Origin: Candidatus Eiseniibacteriota bacterium
GTDB taxonomy: Bacteria; Eisenbacteria; RBG-16-71-46
DNA: 64,000 nt
NCBI GenBank assembly: GCA_031364845.1
Contig: JANLWX010000075.1
Location: forward strand, 7,687-71,686
Direction of reading: 5' to 3'
Shown here: positions 46,984 to 56,989 of the stretch, one piece after another
How the letters are laid out: every line of letters begins with the position of its first letter
How positions within the stretch are numbered: the first letter of the stretch is position 1
Made by a program: the position numbers and the translations under genes
Notes under the pieces: model-generated
Database searches by the model: none
What the model saw: the letters and a program-made list of their open reading frames with translations, nothing else
Told to the model about the DNA's origin: nothing

Positions 46984-49220
46984 TGGAGGATTACGAACCG
47001 CGTCAACTCGTTGCCTTGAGAGCGCAGTCGTGCGAGATATACGCCCGGACGGACGCCGACAGCTCGCCAGTTCCACGTGACTGTCTGAGTGCCAGGGTCC
47101 CCGCCAATCACCACTGCATCGACTCTCCGACCAGTGATGTCGAACACGTCGATAGCATCACTGCTTGCTTGCGCGCCACCGAGGACGAACTCCACCGGTC
47201 CCGTTGTCGGGCTCCGGCGTATGTGCAAGCGACTCGGCTCCAGGGGCGGAGTGCCGTTCACGCCGATCGTGGCTGTGTGCGTGACCGAGACTGATTGTCC
47301 GGAACCAGAATAGTTCACGTCGTAAACGTTGCCCCTGGGCCCGACCGTCGTGTCAGCGATGTCGTCAGAGACGAAAATGCCAGTTGAGTTGTAATTGTTC
47401 ACGCTCATCGAAAGGCCATCGTCGGAATAGACATTCACGGTGTAATGCCCGTCGACGGTATTCGGAATGTCGATGTCGTAGCCTGTGATGGGATCATCCA
47501 CATCGCCGCCATTGTCGTGTTCGGACGATAGAGCCTCGATCGAGGCGCCGGGAATCTCGGAGACACTTTCGTCCGTGCTGGCATCCCGGAGCATGCGCCG
47601 CCCTACGGGGTCGATGACTTCGACCCGTCGAGCACCGCTGGCGAGGATAGCGAGTCCAGGGGGATCGTTCCCCGCAATAACGTTGCCCTCGGTCTCCAGC
47701 GCGGCCGTCGGGACTACATAGCGCGCCAGCTTGAATGTGTTCCGGTACTTGCCCTCGATGAGTTTGGTGAAGTTCCTGTTGTCGAAAGGGTCCTTGATTA
47801 CGTACGTCCCTCGTGCGCTTCCATCTGGGCGGAACGACGATGTCCAACCTGACGCGACGACCATGTGACCCGGCACGTGCACTTGCACGGCCATGTCTCG
47901 CACCAACAGGCTTTCGACCTGTGCGGCGAGCCGCGGCGAATCGTCAAGCTCGATCGAGTGAAGCTGATTGCCGGTGAAGCCGTCAGCGACACGAGGGATC
48001 ATGTTCCAGTAGACGCGGCCGGGATCGCCCACCGAGGGCACCGTGGCGCTGTGCATCATTGCCCGAGTCGCTTGCCCGTTTCGGCCAGCCACAGTCACCA
48101 GATACGTCGCGAGTGGGTTCGTGAACCTTCCGTCTTCGACGAGAAATCGGTCGCCAACGTTCAGGGTTGTCCCGCCAGTGGCCGTGTAGTGGATGGTGGC
48201 ACCTCCTGACACAACCAAGGTGACTTCAGCCACTTGGTCCGGCTGGTAACCTTCGTTCTGCTGGAGATACGTGTTGAGTCCGTTGACCGTGCACGGAAAG
48301 CCAGCGTAGGTGTAGTTCATCGCCATCGACGCAACTTGGCAGGCCGTGAAGTTTGTCGTGCGACGCGAGCCGACGGGAACGCCGCCGAACATGTAGCCAC
48401 CGTGAGCCACGTTCGTTGATTGTGACAACCTTACGACCGGCTGCGACGACGCGTTCACGACGGTAAAGTTCGGCCAGACCGAGAGGCCGGAGAACCGTGA
48501 TCCAGCGTAGACATGCGGCACGAACGAGCTGCAGAAGTGATCCAGCAACGTGCCTTCGACACGAATGCTCGCGATCCTCTTGGCGCGTTTGCCCTTAGGC
48601 AGGAGGAACTCCTGCGCGTCCAGATAGGCGTCACTGTTCTCGTAGATGTACGCAGTGCGCGCGTCCGTCGGCCGCGTCTCGTAGATCGGTCGATTCGTGC
48701 CACACGTGAGCGGGCCCGAGTCGAAGAAGTCGCGCACGAACGTGCCGACGTTGAGGCGGGCGATTGTGGTGTCACCATCGACGTACGTGACAGTCGCTCT
48801 TGCTAGTGTCTTACCAAAATCATTGAAGGGAGTAGTGCCGTTGTAGATGTTGACGCCCATCAGTATCGAGCCGAGCGAGGTAGCGAACTGGGGCGGTGAA
48901 ACGGTATACGTCGAGAAGGACTGCGTCTGCGTGGCGTTGACCTCGAAGTAGATCGCGTCCTTGGCGAAGCTGTTGAAGATCGCCATTGTGTCCGACGAGC
49001 CAGGCGTCGGCCTCATCACCAGCAGCGGCGGAGGGCTGGCGAGCGACGACGGATAGAGGGCAAAGTTCGCGTGATCGGTCGTGTTCGTGGACGACGTTCG
49101 GTCGGCGTAGAGACTGAACGTCTTGAAGGCGGCCGCATCGTTGGTCGGAGTTCGACCCGCTGCCGGGAAAGCGCAGATCGCGATGGCCACGAGGGCGGAG
49201 GAAATCGGCGTCGCTTTCAT
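46980..49220 (-). CDS. Secreted C39-like cysteine peptidase-domain protein with FlgD/T9SS-like C-terminal domain
   Basis: Signal peptide; ACQVASMAMNYTY..LNTYL..NEGY, GHMVVASG and IKDP suggest a Cys-His-Asp triad; C-terminal VFDITGRRV..PGVYLARL. Confidence 0.7.
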   Translation of the reverse strand: MKATPISSALVAIAICAFPAAGRTPTNDAAAFKTFSLYADRTSSTNTTDHANFALYPSSLASPPPLLVMRPTPGSSDTMAIFNSFAKDAIYFEVNATQTQSFSTYTVSPPQFATSLGSILMGVNIYNGTTPFNDFGKTLARATVTYVDGDTTIARLNVGTFVRDFFDSGPLTCGTNRPIYETRPTDARTAYIYENSDAYLDAQEFLLPKGKRAKRIASIRVEGTLLDHFCSSFVPHVYAGSRFSGLSVWPNFTVVNASSQPVVRLSQSTNVAHGGYMFGGVPVGSRRTTNFTACQVASMAMNYTYAGFPCTVNGLNTYLQQNEGYQPDQVAEVTLVVSGGATIHYTATGGTTLNVGDRFLVEDGRFTNPLATYLVTVAGRNGQATRAMMHSATVPSVGDPGRVYWNMIPRVADGFTGNQLHSIELDDSPRLAAQVESLLVRDMAVQVHVPGHMVVASGWTSSFRPDGSARGTYVIKDPFDNRNFTKLIEGKYRNTFKLARYVVPTAALETEGNVIAGNDPPGLAILASGARRVEVIDPVGRRMLRDASTDESVSEIPGASIEALSSEHDNGGDVDDPITGYDIDIPNTVDGHYTVNVYSDDGLSMSVNNYNSTGIFVSDDIADTTVGPRGNVYDVNYSGSGQSVSVTHTATIGVNGTPPLEPSRLHIRRSPTTGPVEFVLGGAQASSDAIDVFDITGRRVDAVVIGGDPGTQTVTWNWRAVGVRPGVYLARLRSQGNELTRFVILH

Positions 49221-49413
49221 GGTCGATCCTCTCTTCGTGGATTGAGCGAGCCTGCAAAGAGGAGACTGGCGCCGCCTCCGGAAGCAGGATAGCCCTGAAC
49301 AGACCGTCGCCATGTGAATTCTGCCGTTCGAAACGACTTCGATGAGACTCCCTGGCTGAGATTCGCCTCGTATGCCGCGAAACCTTTTCCGACTGGGGCC
49401 GCCGCACCGCAAC

Positions 49414-49449
49414 GAAAAAGCCCCGGCACTCGGGTGCCGGGGCTCTTTC
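49414..49449 (-). terminator. Rho-independent terminator after HU
   Basis: AGCCCCGGCAC-tcgg-GTGCCGGGGCT stem followed by a T-tract on the minus strand. Confidence 0.85.
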
Positions 49450-49467
49450 ACAAAATCGGGGTGCGGT

Positions 49468-49749
49468 CTACTTGAGGGCCAGCTCCTTCATCGCCTTCGC
49501 GATCCGGAACTTGAGCACGGTCTTCGCCGGGATCTTGATCGCTTCGCCGGTCTGCGGATTGCGACCCATGCGGGCCTTGCGCTTCACGACCACGAGCTTG
49601 CCGACGCCCGGGAACACGAAGCCATTCTTCGCCTGCTTCGCCGCGAGCACCGCGAGCTCTTCCAGAATCAGCGTGCTCTGCTTCTTCGTGAGCTCGAACT
49701 TGTCCGCGAGGTGACCCGCGATCTGCGACTTCGTCATCATCTTGGCCAT
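49468..49749 (-). CDS. hup: HU family DNA-binding protein
   Basis: MTKSQ, PGVGK, RKARMGRNPQTGEAIKIPAK..KF. Confidence 0.95.
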   Translation of the reverse strand: MAKMMTKSQIAGHLADKFELTKKQSTLILEELAVLAAKQAKNGFVFPGVGKLVVVKRKARMGRNPQTGEAIKIPAKTVLKFRIAKAMKELALK

Positions 49750-50094
49750 CGAGTGTCCTCTCCTTCGTAGGGGATTGTGCGGCTGATCGGACGGGCTACC
49801 CGTTCCGCTCGTGACCCACGTGCAAGCTTCTGGGAATCACGAGCCGCTCGAGCGTGTGCCCTAGCCAAGGCGGGGTATAGCAATTTCAGCCGCGAATTCA
49901 AAGGCAATTTTCACGTGCAGGGCCGCCCGACACAGATTTTACGCGGGAAAATCCAAGCATGAACCGGGCCCGCATGGATCGAGGGTGAAACGCATGTCGG
50001 CGCGTTGGAGGGTCGGCGAGGTCGGAATGCGCCCGATCGATGATCGCCGCGTGGTGTCGTTCATGAACGCGCGCGACGCGAAATGAATCGTCGC

Positions 50095-52692
50095 TCACTC
50101 GACGCGCACGAGTCTCCGCGTCGACGACCATCCGTCGGCGGAGGCGCGCGCGAAGTAGACTCCGGCGGGCATCGAACGTCCGCGCGCATCGTCTCCGTTC
50201 CACGTGAGCGCGTGGCGTCCGGGCGCAAACGAGCGTTCGCCCAGCGTGCGAACGCGACGGCCCGATGCGTCGTAGATCGCTACAGTGATGGAAGTTGATC
50301 GCGAAACTGCGATCGTGAATCCGGCCGCAGATCGGAACGGATTGGGGCCCGACGACGTGAACTCGAGCCGCTCGGAAGACGGCGTTTCGACCGCGACGGG
50401 AAGCTCGTTCAGGTCGAGCCGCCACTGCGATCGGCCGTGTGTGGCGGCCACCAGCGAGCGCGACGACGCGTGAAACGAGAGGTCGTGCACGGTCTGAAGC
50501 GGCATCCCCTGGCCGAGCGGAAACCATCCCGCGCCGTGGTTTCGCGTCGCCCACGCTCCGACGTCGGTGGCGGCGAACCACGTCCCGGGATGGGCCGGAT
50601 CGACCACCAGATCGTTGACCGGGGCGTCCGGAAGATTTCCTCCCACGCCCGACCAATTCGCTCCGCGGTCGAGGCTCCGGAACACATGCGGGACGTGTTC
50701 GTCCTGCGTGAACCCGGACAGCGTGACGTAGCAGGTGTTGGGATTCGTCGGGTCGGCGACGACGCGCGACACCCAGCGGCGCGGAAGTCCGGACGTGATC
50801 TCGACCCAGTTGGCACCCGCGTTGGTCGAGCGCCACACGCGACCGTCGTCGGTGCCGGCGAGGTAGAAGCTGCCGTCGGCGGCCGAGATGTCGAGCGTGG
50901 TGATGGTGCCGTAGTTGAGCTGCGAGGCGGGATTGGTCGAGAGATCGCCGCTCACCGGCGTCCAGTTGAGGCCGTTGTTCACGCTCTTGTAGACCCGCTG
51001 GCTGCCGGCGATCAGGATGTTGTGGTTCACGGGATCCATCACGAACGGCGCGTTCCAGTTGTAGCGATCGCTGGTGACGAATCCGGCCGGCGTCGAGAAA
51101 CTGGCGCCTCCGTTTCCCGAGCGCTGCGGGCCGGTGCCGCCGGAGGCGTTCTGGTACTCGGCGAAGATCACGCTCGGATTCGTGTGGTCGACCAGACAGT
51201 AGAATCCGTCGCCGCCGAGGATCGCGTTCCATGCGTTCGCCGGGCCGTTGGTGAGCAGCGTGTTGTTATCCTGCGTTCCGCCGAGCAGCCGCGCGGGATT
51301 CGAGGGGTCGATCGCTCCCGCATAGAACTGCGTGATCGGAAGTCCGCTCGCGAACGCCCACGTCGAAGCACCGTTGGTCGTGGTGTAGAAGCCGCCGTCG
51401 TTGCCCGAGTACATGCGCATCGGATCCACCTTGGAGATCCACAGCGCGTGCTGGTCGACGTGGACCCCGCTCGAGACCGACGAGAAGTTCACGCCGCCGT
51501 TGGTCGAGCGCATGATGTTGAGCCCGAGCGAGTACACGATGTCGGAATTCGTGGGATCGACCGCGCAGTCCCCGAAATACCAGCCGAACCCGCCGAATCC
51601 TCCGGTGAATCCGCTCACATCGCGCCGCGCCCATGAGCTGCCGCCGTCGGTCGAGCGGTAGAGCCCGCGCCCCACGTAGCCGAGTCCGCGGCCCGTGATG
51701 ATCTGCGCGTAGATCATCGACGGGCGCGACGGCGCGATCGCGAGTCCGATGCGCCCGACCGAGTCGGACGGTGTCGGCAGTCCGCCGGCGAGCCGCGTCC
51801 ACGAAGCGCCGCGATCGGCACTGCGCCAGATACCGCAGCCCGGTCCTTCCGCGCGCCGCGCGGTTGGACGCCGCACGCGTTCCCACGTCGCGCAGAACAC
51901 CGTCTCGGGATGCGCCGGGTTGACGACGACATCGCACACGCCGGTGCTGTCGTTCACGAACAGGGTCCTGGTCCACGTGAGCCCGGCGTCGGTCGAGCGG
52001 TAGAAACCGCGATCGGGACCGGTCGAGAACTGCGTGCCCATCGCCGCGACGTGGATCACGGACGGATCGGAAGGATCGACCGCGACCCGCGCGATGCGCG
52101 CGGTCGCCGCGAGCCCCAGGTGCTCCCAGTCGAGGCCGCCGTTGCGCGTGCGATAGAGCCCGTTGCCGTCGTAGTTGTCGATCGCGGTGTTCGATTCTCC
52201 GGTGCCGACATAGACCACGTTCGCATCGAGCGGATCCATCGCCAGCGCGCCGATCGAAGGCACGCCGAGCGCGTCGAACACCGGCGACCACGAACTGCCG
52301 AAGTCGCTCGAGCGGAACACGCCGCCGTTGGCGGCGCCGAAGTAGGCCGGATTGCCCGAAGGTGCCGCGACGATCGCCGCGATGCGCCCGCCGATGTTGG
52401 TCGGGCCCGCCATCTGCCACGTCAGCAGGCCTGCGTTCACGGCGAACGGCGACGATGCGTCCGACGCCACCGCCGCGCGCTCGACCCGCGCATGCTCGAG
52501 TGCGGCAAGCCAGCGTTGCTGCGGGATCGAATCGAGCGGGAACGCGCGCTGCTGCCCGAACCAGTCACCGGGGTAGAGCATCGCCGACGCTGCCGTCGCC
52601 GGTGGCGGGGTGGGTACCGGGCGATCGAGCACGATGAGGCTCGCGAGCGACAGTGCCACGACGGACAGCGCGTGCGACCGGTTCGTTCTCAT
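50095..52692 (-). CDS. Secreted BNR/VPS10 beta-propeller protein with FlgD-Ig C-terminal domain
   Basis: GPTNIGGRI, GTGE, repeated RSxDGGxxW, GGTQDN, GGDG, ATHGRS; CTD with WNGDDARG..AGVYFAR. Confidence 0.85.
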   Translation of the reverse strand: MRTNRSHALSVVALSLASLIVLDRPVPTPPPATAASAMLYPGDWFGQQRAFPLDSIPQQRWLAALEHARVERAAVASDASSPFAVNAGLLTWQMAGPTNIGGRIAAIVAAPSGNPAYFGAANGGVFRSSDFGSSWSPVFDALGVPSIGALAMDPLDANVVYVGTGESNTAIDNYDGNGLYRTRNGGLDWEHLGLAATARIARVAVDPSDPSVIHVAAMGTQFSTGPDRGFYRSTDAGLTWTRTLFVNDSTGVCDVVVNPAHPETVFCATWERVRRPTARRAEGPGCGIWRSADRGASWTRLAGGLPTPSDSVGRIGLAIAPSRPSMIYAQIITGRGLGYVGRGLYRSTDGGSSWARRDVSGFTGGFGGFGWYFGDCAVDPTNSDIVYSLGLNIMRSTNGGVNFSSVSSGVHVDQHALWISKVDPMRMYSGNDGGFYTTTNGASTWAFASGLPITQFYAGAIDPSNPARLLGGTQDNNTLLTNGPANAWNAILGGDGFYCLVDHTNPSVIFAEYQNASGGTGPQRSGNGGASFSTPAGFVTSDRYNWNAPFVMDPVNHNILIAGSQRVYKSVNNGLNWTPVSGDLSTNPASQLNYGTITTLDISAADGSFYLAGTDDGRVWRSTNAGANWVEITSGLPRRWVSRVVADPTNPNTCYVTLSGFTQDEHVPHVFRSLDRGANWSGVGGNLPDAPVNDLVVDPAHPGTWFAATDVGAWATRNHGAGWFPLGQGMPLQTVHDLSFHASSRSLVAATHGRSQWRLDLNELPVAVETPSSERLEFTSSGPNPFRSAAGFTIAVSRSTSITVAIYDASGRRVRTLGERSFAPGRHALTWNGDDARGRSMPAGVYFARASADGWSSTRRLVRVE

Positions 52693-52717
52693 CGGATCCG
52701 CCCTGGCGAGATGCAAT

Positions 52718-52749
52718 GACGGCCGGCGAAGGATCCTCCGCCGGCCGTC
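52718..52749. terminator. Intergenic GC-rich hairpin
   Basis: GACGGCCGGCG...CGCCGGCCGTC inverted repeat between the tandem paralogs; no U-tract. Confidence 0.55.
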
Positions 52750-52764
52750 GCATGATGGATGTGG

Positions 52765-55377
52765 CTACTGGGTTCGAACGATGCGCTTGTGCTGGCTTCC
52801 GCCCGGAGACTGCGCGCGCACGAAGTACACGCCCGCGCGGGTCGCGCGCCCCGCCGCATCGCGGCCGTCCCACTTGAACGTGTGGCGTCCCGCGGCGAGT
52901 TCACCTTCGTGGATCTCGCGCACGCGCCGTCCCATCGCGTCGAACACCCCGAGCGCCACCTTGGCCTCGTTCGGGAGCGTCATGGCGAAGCTCACGTCGC
53001 CACGGCTCGGATTGGGGCTCGGCGCCGACAGGGCGACCTTCGCTGCGGCGTCCGGCTTGCCGACCGCGACCGGCATCTGTGCGAGGTCGAGCTTCCACAT
53101 CGAGCGGCCGTGCGTGCCCGCGAACAGAATGCGCGCGTTGTTGTGGAGGTAGAGATCGTGGATTGCCTGGAATGGCAGGCCCTGGCCGAGCGGATACCAC
53201 GATGCGCCGCCGTTCTGCGTCGTGTACACGCCGAGGTCGGTGCCCGCGTACAGGCGGTTGGTATCGAAGTTGTCGGGCAGGATGTCGTTCACCGGCGCGT
53301 TCGGCAGATCGCCCGAGATGTTCGTCCACGTGTCGCCCTTGTCGGTGCTCTTGTAGACGTGCACCGGCACCTCATTGCTGCCATTGAATCCCGACAGCGA
53401 GCAATACACCGTGCTCGCGTCGAAGTTGTCGGCGGTCACGCGCGTGACGTAACGAATCGGCAGGCCGAGCGACTTGTCGGTCCAGTTCGAGCCGCCGTCG
53501 GTCGATCGATACACCTTTCCGTTGCTCGACCCGGAGTAGTAGACCTGTGGATCAACGGGCGAGATGGAAAGCGTGCTGATGGTGCCGAACGGACGCGAAG
53601 AGGATGCGTTGAACGCGAGGTCTCCGCTCACGACGAAGTAGGAGAGTCCGTTGTTCGTGCTCTTGTAGACCCGGTGCGAGCCGGCGAGCATGATGTTGTG
53701 GTCGAGCGCGCTCATCACGTACGGCGAATTCCAGTTGTAACGATCGGCGCCGTTGAAGCCGCCTGGGGCGGTGTAGCTGCCCGCCGCACCGCCAGTCGAC
53801 GAACGCAGCGGACCGAGGCCGCCGGACATGAACTGAGATTCCGTGAACACGATGTTGGGATCGGTGTGATCGATGAGGCAGTAGAAGCCGTCACCGCCCT
53901 GCACCGCCGCCCATGAATTCGGACCGCCGGCTCCCATCAGCGAGTTGTTGTCCTGCGTGCCGCCCATCATGCGCGCGGCGTTCGAAGGATCGGCGGTGAT
54001 CGCGTAGAACTGGCTGAACGGCTGCGTCGTGCTCTTGGTCCACGAGGTCCCGCCGATCACCGTTCGATAGAATCCGCCATCCGTCCCGAGGTGGATGCTG
54101 TTGCCGCTGGGGACCGCCGGATTGATCCAGATCGCGTGGTTGTCGACGTGCGCGTTGCTGGTGATCGAATTCCAGACCGCGCCGCCGTCGGTGGACTTCA
54201 TCAGGCTCACGCCGAGTGCGTAGACCTTCTCGGAGTTGGTCGGATCCACGGCCATGGTGCCGAAATACCATCCGAAGCCGCCGAAGCTGCCGGGGAAGGA
54301 GGCGCCACTGCGCTTTACCCACGAGGCGCCGCCGTCGGTCGAGCGGTACATGCCGCGACCGGTGTAGCCCATCGCTGAGCCTCCGATGATCTGGGCGTAG
54401 ATGGTCGAGAGCTTGGACGGAGCATAGGCGAGTGCGATGCGGTCGGTGCTGTCGCTCGAGGCCGGAAGGCCTTCCGCAACGCCGAGCCGGGTCCAGCTCG
54501 TGCCGTTGTCGACGCTGCGGTAGATCGCCGACTCGGTGGCCGGGCTCGGCCCGAAGTCCCACATCGATGCGAACAGCGACTCGGGGTGCGCCGGGTTCAT
54601 GATGATGTCGGCGCCGTAGGTCGAGTTGTCGACAAACAGGCGCTGCGACCAGGTCAGTCCGCCGTCTTCGGAGCGCCAGATGCCGTGGTTGCTGTTGGAC
54701 TGGAAGATCGAGCCCGCGCCCGCGAGCAGGATACGCTGCGGGTTCTGCGGATCGACCACGATGCGGTTGATGCGCTTCACTTGCGTGAGGCCCAGGTGTT
54801 CCCACGTCACACCGGCGTCGGTCGAGCGATAGACGCCGTTGCCGTCATAGGTGTCGACCGCCGGGTTCGACTCGCCGGTGCCGACATAGATCGTGCTGGA
54901 GTTGGTCGGATCGAGCGCGATCGCTCCGATCGAGAACGCGCTGAAGTCGTCGAAGATCGCCGTGAACAAGCTGCCGCTGTTGGTGGACTTGAAAACACCG
55001 CCGTTCGCCGAGCCGGCATAGATGGTGGCACCGCCCGGAACCACCGCCAGCGACGTGATGCGTCCGCCGATGTTCGTGGGCCCCGCGAGTTGCCACTCGA
55101 GCACCCCGGCGCTGGTCGAGAGCCGCATCGCCTCGTGATCCATGAGCGCCTGCTGGAGGGCTGCTTCGTAGGCATCGACCGGAATGGTGTTGCCCGGGAA
55201 CGCGCGCTGCTCGAACCAGTACTGGCTGGGACGGGTCCCGAACATCTTGCCGTTGGCCGCGGTCTTGGCCGCGATCGTGGGTGCCTCCGCCGGACGGTGG
55301 GTCACCTTGTAGCCGACGAACGCCGTCAGGGCGATCAGGAGCGCGCCGGTTGCGAGTCGTGTCTTGTGGGTTGCCAT
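52765..55377 (-). CDS. Secreted BNR/VPS10 beta-propeller protein with FlgD-Ig C-terminal domain (paralog)
   Basis: Same motif order as 50095-52692; CTD WDGRDAAG..AGVYFVR. Confidence 0.85.
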   Translation of the reverse strand: MATHKTRLATGALLIALTAFVGYKVTHRPAEAPTIAAKTAANGKMFGTRPSQYWFEQRAFPGNTIPVDAYEAALQQALMDHEAMRLSTSAGVLEWQLAGPTNIGGRITSLAVVPGGATIYAGSANGGVFKSTNSGSLFTAIFDDFSAFSIGAIALDPTNSSTIYVGTGESNPAVDTYDGNGVYRSTDAGVTWEHLGLTQVKRINRIVVDPQNPQRILLAGAGSIFQSNSNHGIWRSEDGGLTWSQRLFVDNSTYGADIIMNPAHPESLFASMWDFGPSPATESAIYRSVDNGTSWTRLGVAEGLPASSDSTDRIALAYAPSKLSTIYAQIIGGSAMGYTGRGMYRSTDGGASWVKRSGASFPGSFGGFGWYFGTMAVDPTNSEKVYALGVSLMKSTDGGAVWNSITSNAHVDNHAIWINPAVPSGNSIHLGTDGGFYRTVIGGTSWTKSTTQPFSQFYAITADPSNAARMMGGTQDNNSLMGAGGPNSWAAVQGGDGFYCLIDHTDPNIVFTESQFMSGGLGPLRSSTGGAAGSYTAPGGFNGADRYNWNSPYVMSALDHNIMLAGSHRVYKSTNNGLSYFVVSGDLAFNASSSRPFGTISTLSISPVDPQVYYSGSSNGKVYRSTDGGSNWTDKSLGLPIRYVTRVTADNFDASTVYCSLSGFNGSNEVPVHVYKSTDKGDTWTNISGDLPNAPVNDILPDNFDTNRLYAGTDLGVYTTQNGGASWYPLGQGLPFQAIHDLYLHNNARILFAGTHGRSMWKLDLAQMPVAVGKPDAAAKVALSAPSPNPSRGDVSFAMTLPNEAKVALGVFDAMGRRVREIHEGELAAGRHTFKWDGRDAAGRATRAGVYFVRAQSPGGSQHKRIVRTQ

Positions 55378-55553
55378 ATGTCGGGAGCTCCGAAGGTAGA
55401 GGCCAATTCGAGGGGGACTGGCGCAGCCGGAATTGAGCGAGGAAAGTGTAAGGTGAACGACACGCGGGGCGCCACCCCCAAGTTCCGGACGCGTCAGGGG
55501 ACGGGGCGACCGTCGAAAAACACGCAATTTCGCGCATTTCAAAGGGGACCCAC

Positions 55554-56912
55554 GTGATCGTCATGAAGTTCGGGGGCACCTCGGTCGGCATCCCCGATCA
55601 CTTCCGGATCGCCGTACAGGAAGTCGCGAGGCGCAAGGACCAGACTCCGGTCGTCGTCGTCAGCGCGCTCTCCGGCGTCACGAATCTCCTGGCCGAATTC
55701 TGCTCGGCCCCGGCCCGCCGGACCGCAACGACGGCGGCGCTGATCGACCGCCACGTGGACTTCGCGCGCGAGGTCGGCGTCGAGCCCGTCACACTCGCCG
55801 ACGCCCTCGACGCCCTGCGCGACGACCTCGAACGCGCCCCGGCGGGCAAGCCGACGCCCGAAGCCCGCGACCGGATCTTGTCGCACGGCGAGCGCCTGTC
55901 GTCCGATCTGTTCGCCGCCGGGCTGCGCGGCGCGGGGCTCGACGCCACGGCCGTCGTCGCGGGTGATGCGGGGCTCGTCACCGACGAACGCTTCGGCGCC
56001 GCCCACCCGCTCCCCGAGGCGCCGGCGCTGCTGCGGGCTTCGCTCGGCGGGCGCTCCGACATTCCGGTGGTCACCGGATTTCTCGGCCGCACGATCGACG
56101 GCCGCACGACCACGTTGGGGCGCGGCGGATCGGACTATTCCGCTGCGTTGATCGGCGCGGCACTCGGTGCTGCGGAGATCCAGATCTGGACCGACACCAG
56201 CGGCATGCTGTCCGCCGATCCGCGCATCGTCGCCGAAGCGCGCCCGGTGCCGCGACTGTCGTTCGCCGAGGCGAGTGAGTTGGCGTACTTCGGCGCGCGC
56301 GTGCTGCATCCGAAGACGCTGCTGCCCGCGATCGATCGTGAGATCCCGGTGCGCATCCTCAACACGCTGCGTCCCGCGGATCGCGGCTCGCTCATCATGG
56401 CGGCGGCCGAGACCGGCGCTTCGTGGTGCGTGAAGTCGATCGCCTGCAAGAAGGGCATCACCGCGGTCACGATCGTTTCGACGCGCATGCTGCTCGCTCA
56501 CGGCTTCCTTGCGCGAGTGTTCGAAGTGTTCGGGCGTCACCACGTGGTCGTGGACCTCGTCACGACGTCCGAAGTCTCGATCTCGGTGACGGTCGACGAC
56601 GATGCACAGCTCGAACGCGCGATCGCCGACCTCGAAGGGATCGGTCGCGTGGAAGTTCGGCGCGGGCTCGGCGTGATCGCGGTGGTCGGCGAAGGCGCTC
56701 CCCAGCATCTCGGACTCACCGGCCACCTGTTCACGCTGGTCGGCGGCATCGGAGTGGCGGTCGAGATGATCTCGCAGGGCGCTTCGCGCGTGAATCTCTC
56801 GTTCGTCGTGCGCGAGGCGGACATCGATCGGGTCGTGCGGCTGCTGCATCGCGGGTTGGGACTGGATCTCGATGTCGAGATGCCGGCGGCGGGCGGCGTC
56901 GCCGCGAACTAG
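55554..56912 (+). CDS. lysC: Aspartate kinase
   Basis: MKFGGTSV, VVVSA, GERLS, TTLGRGGSDYSA, ADPRIV, two ACT domains. Confidence 0.95.
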   Translation: MIVMKFGGTSVGIPDHFRIAVQEVARRKDQTPVVVVSALSGVTNLLAEFCSAPARRTATTAALIDRHVDFAREVGVEPVTLADALDALRDDLERAPAGKPTPEARDRILSHGERLSSDLFAAGLRGAGLDATAVVAGDAGLVTDERFGAAHPLPEAPALLRASLGGRSDIPVVTGFLGRTIDGRTTTLGRGGSDYSAALIGAALGAAEIQIWTDTSGMLSADPRIVAEARPVPRLSFAEASELAYFGARVLHPKTLLPAIDREIPVRILNTLRPADRGSLIMAAAETGASWCVKSIACKKGITAVTIVSTRMLLAHGFLARVFEVFGRHHVVVDLVTTSEVSISVTVDDDAQLERAIADLEGIGRVEVRRGLGVIAVVGEGAPQHLGLTGHLFTLVGGIGVAVEMISQGASRVNLSFVVREADIDRVVRLLHRGLGLDLDVEMPAAGGVAAN

Positions 56913-56989
56913 CGTTCGCAAAGCGTCCCAAAATCCGCGGGGCTCCGATGCCACCGGAGCTCCGCGTTTTCACCGCACCTGCAAGACCC

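Noticed and set aside
44121-49220. C39 peptidase + ABC exporter + thioredoxin as a bacteriocin/RiPP system
   Set aside because: The peptidase is a Sec-secreted CTD protein, not ABC-fused; no precursor peptide seen; codon style differs between the two blocks
55390-55553. Possible lysine riboswitch before lysC (begins AAGGTAGAGG)
   Set aside because: The other conserved elements and the closing P1 strand are not visible; an Infernal RF00168 search would settle it
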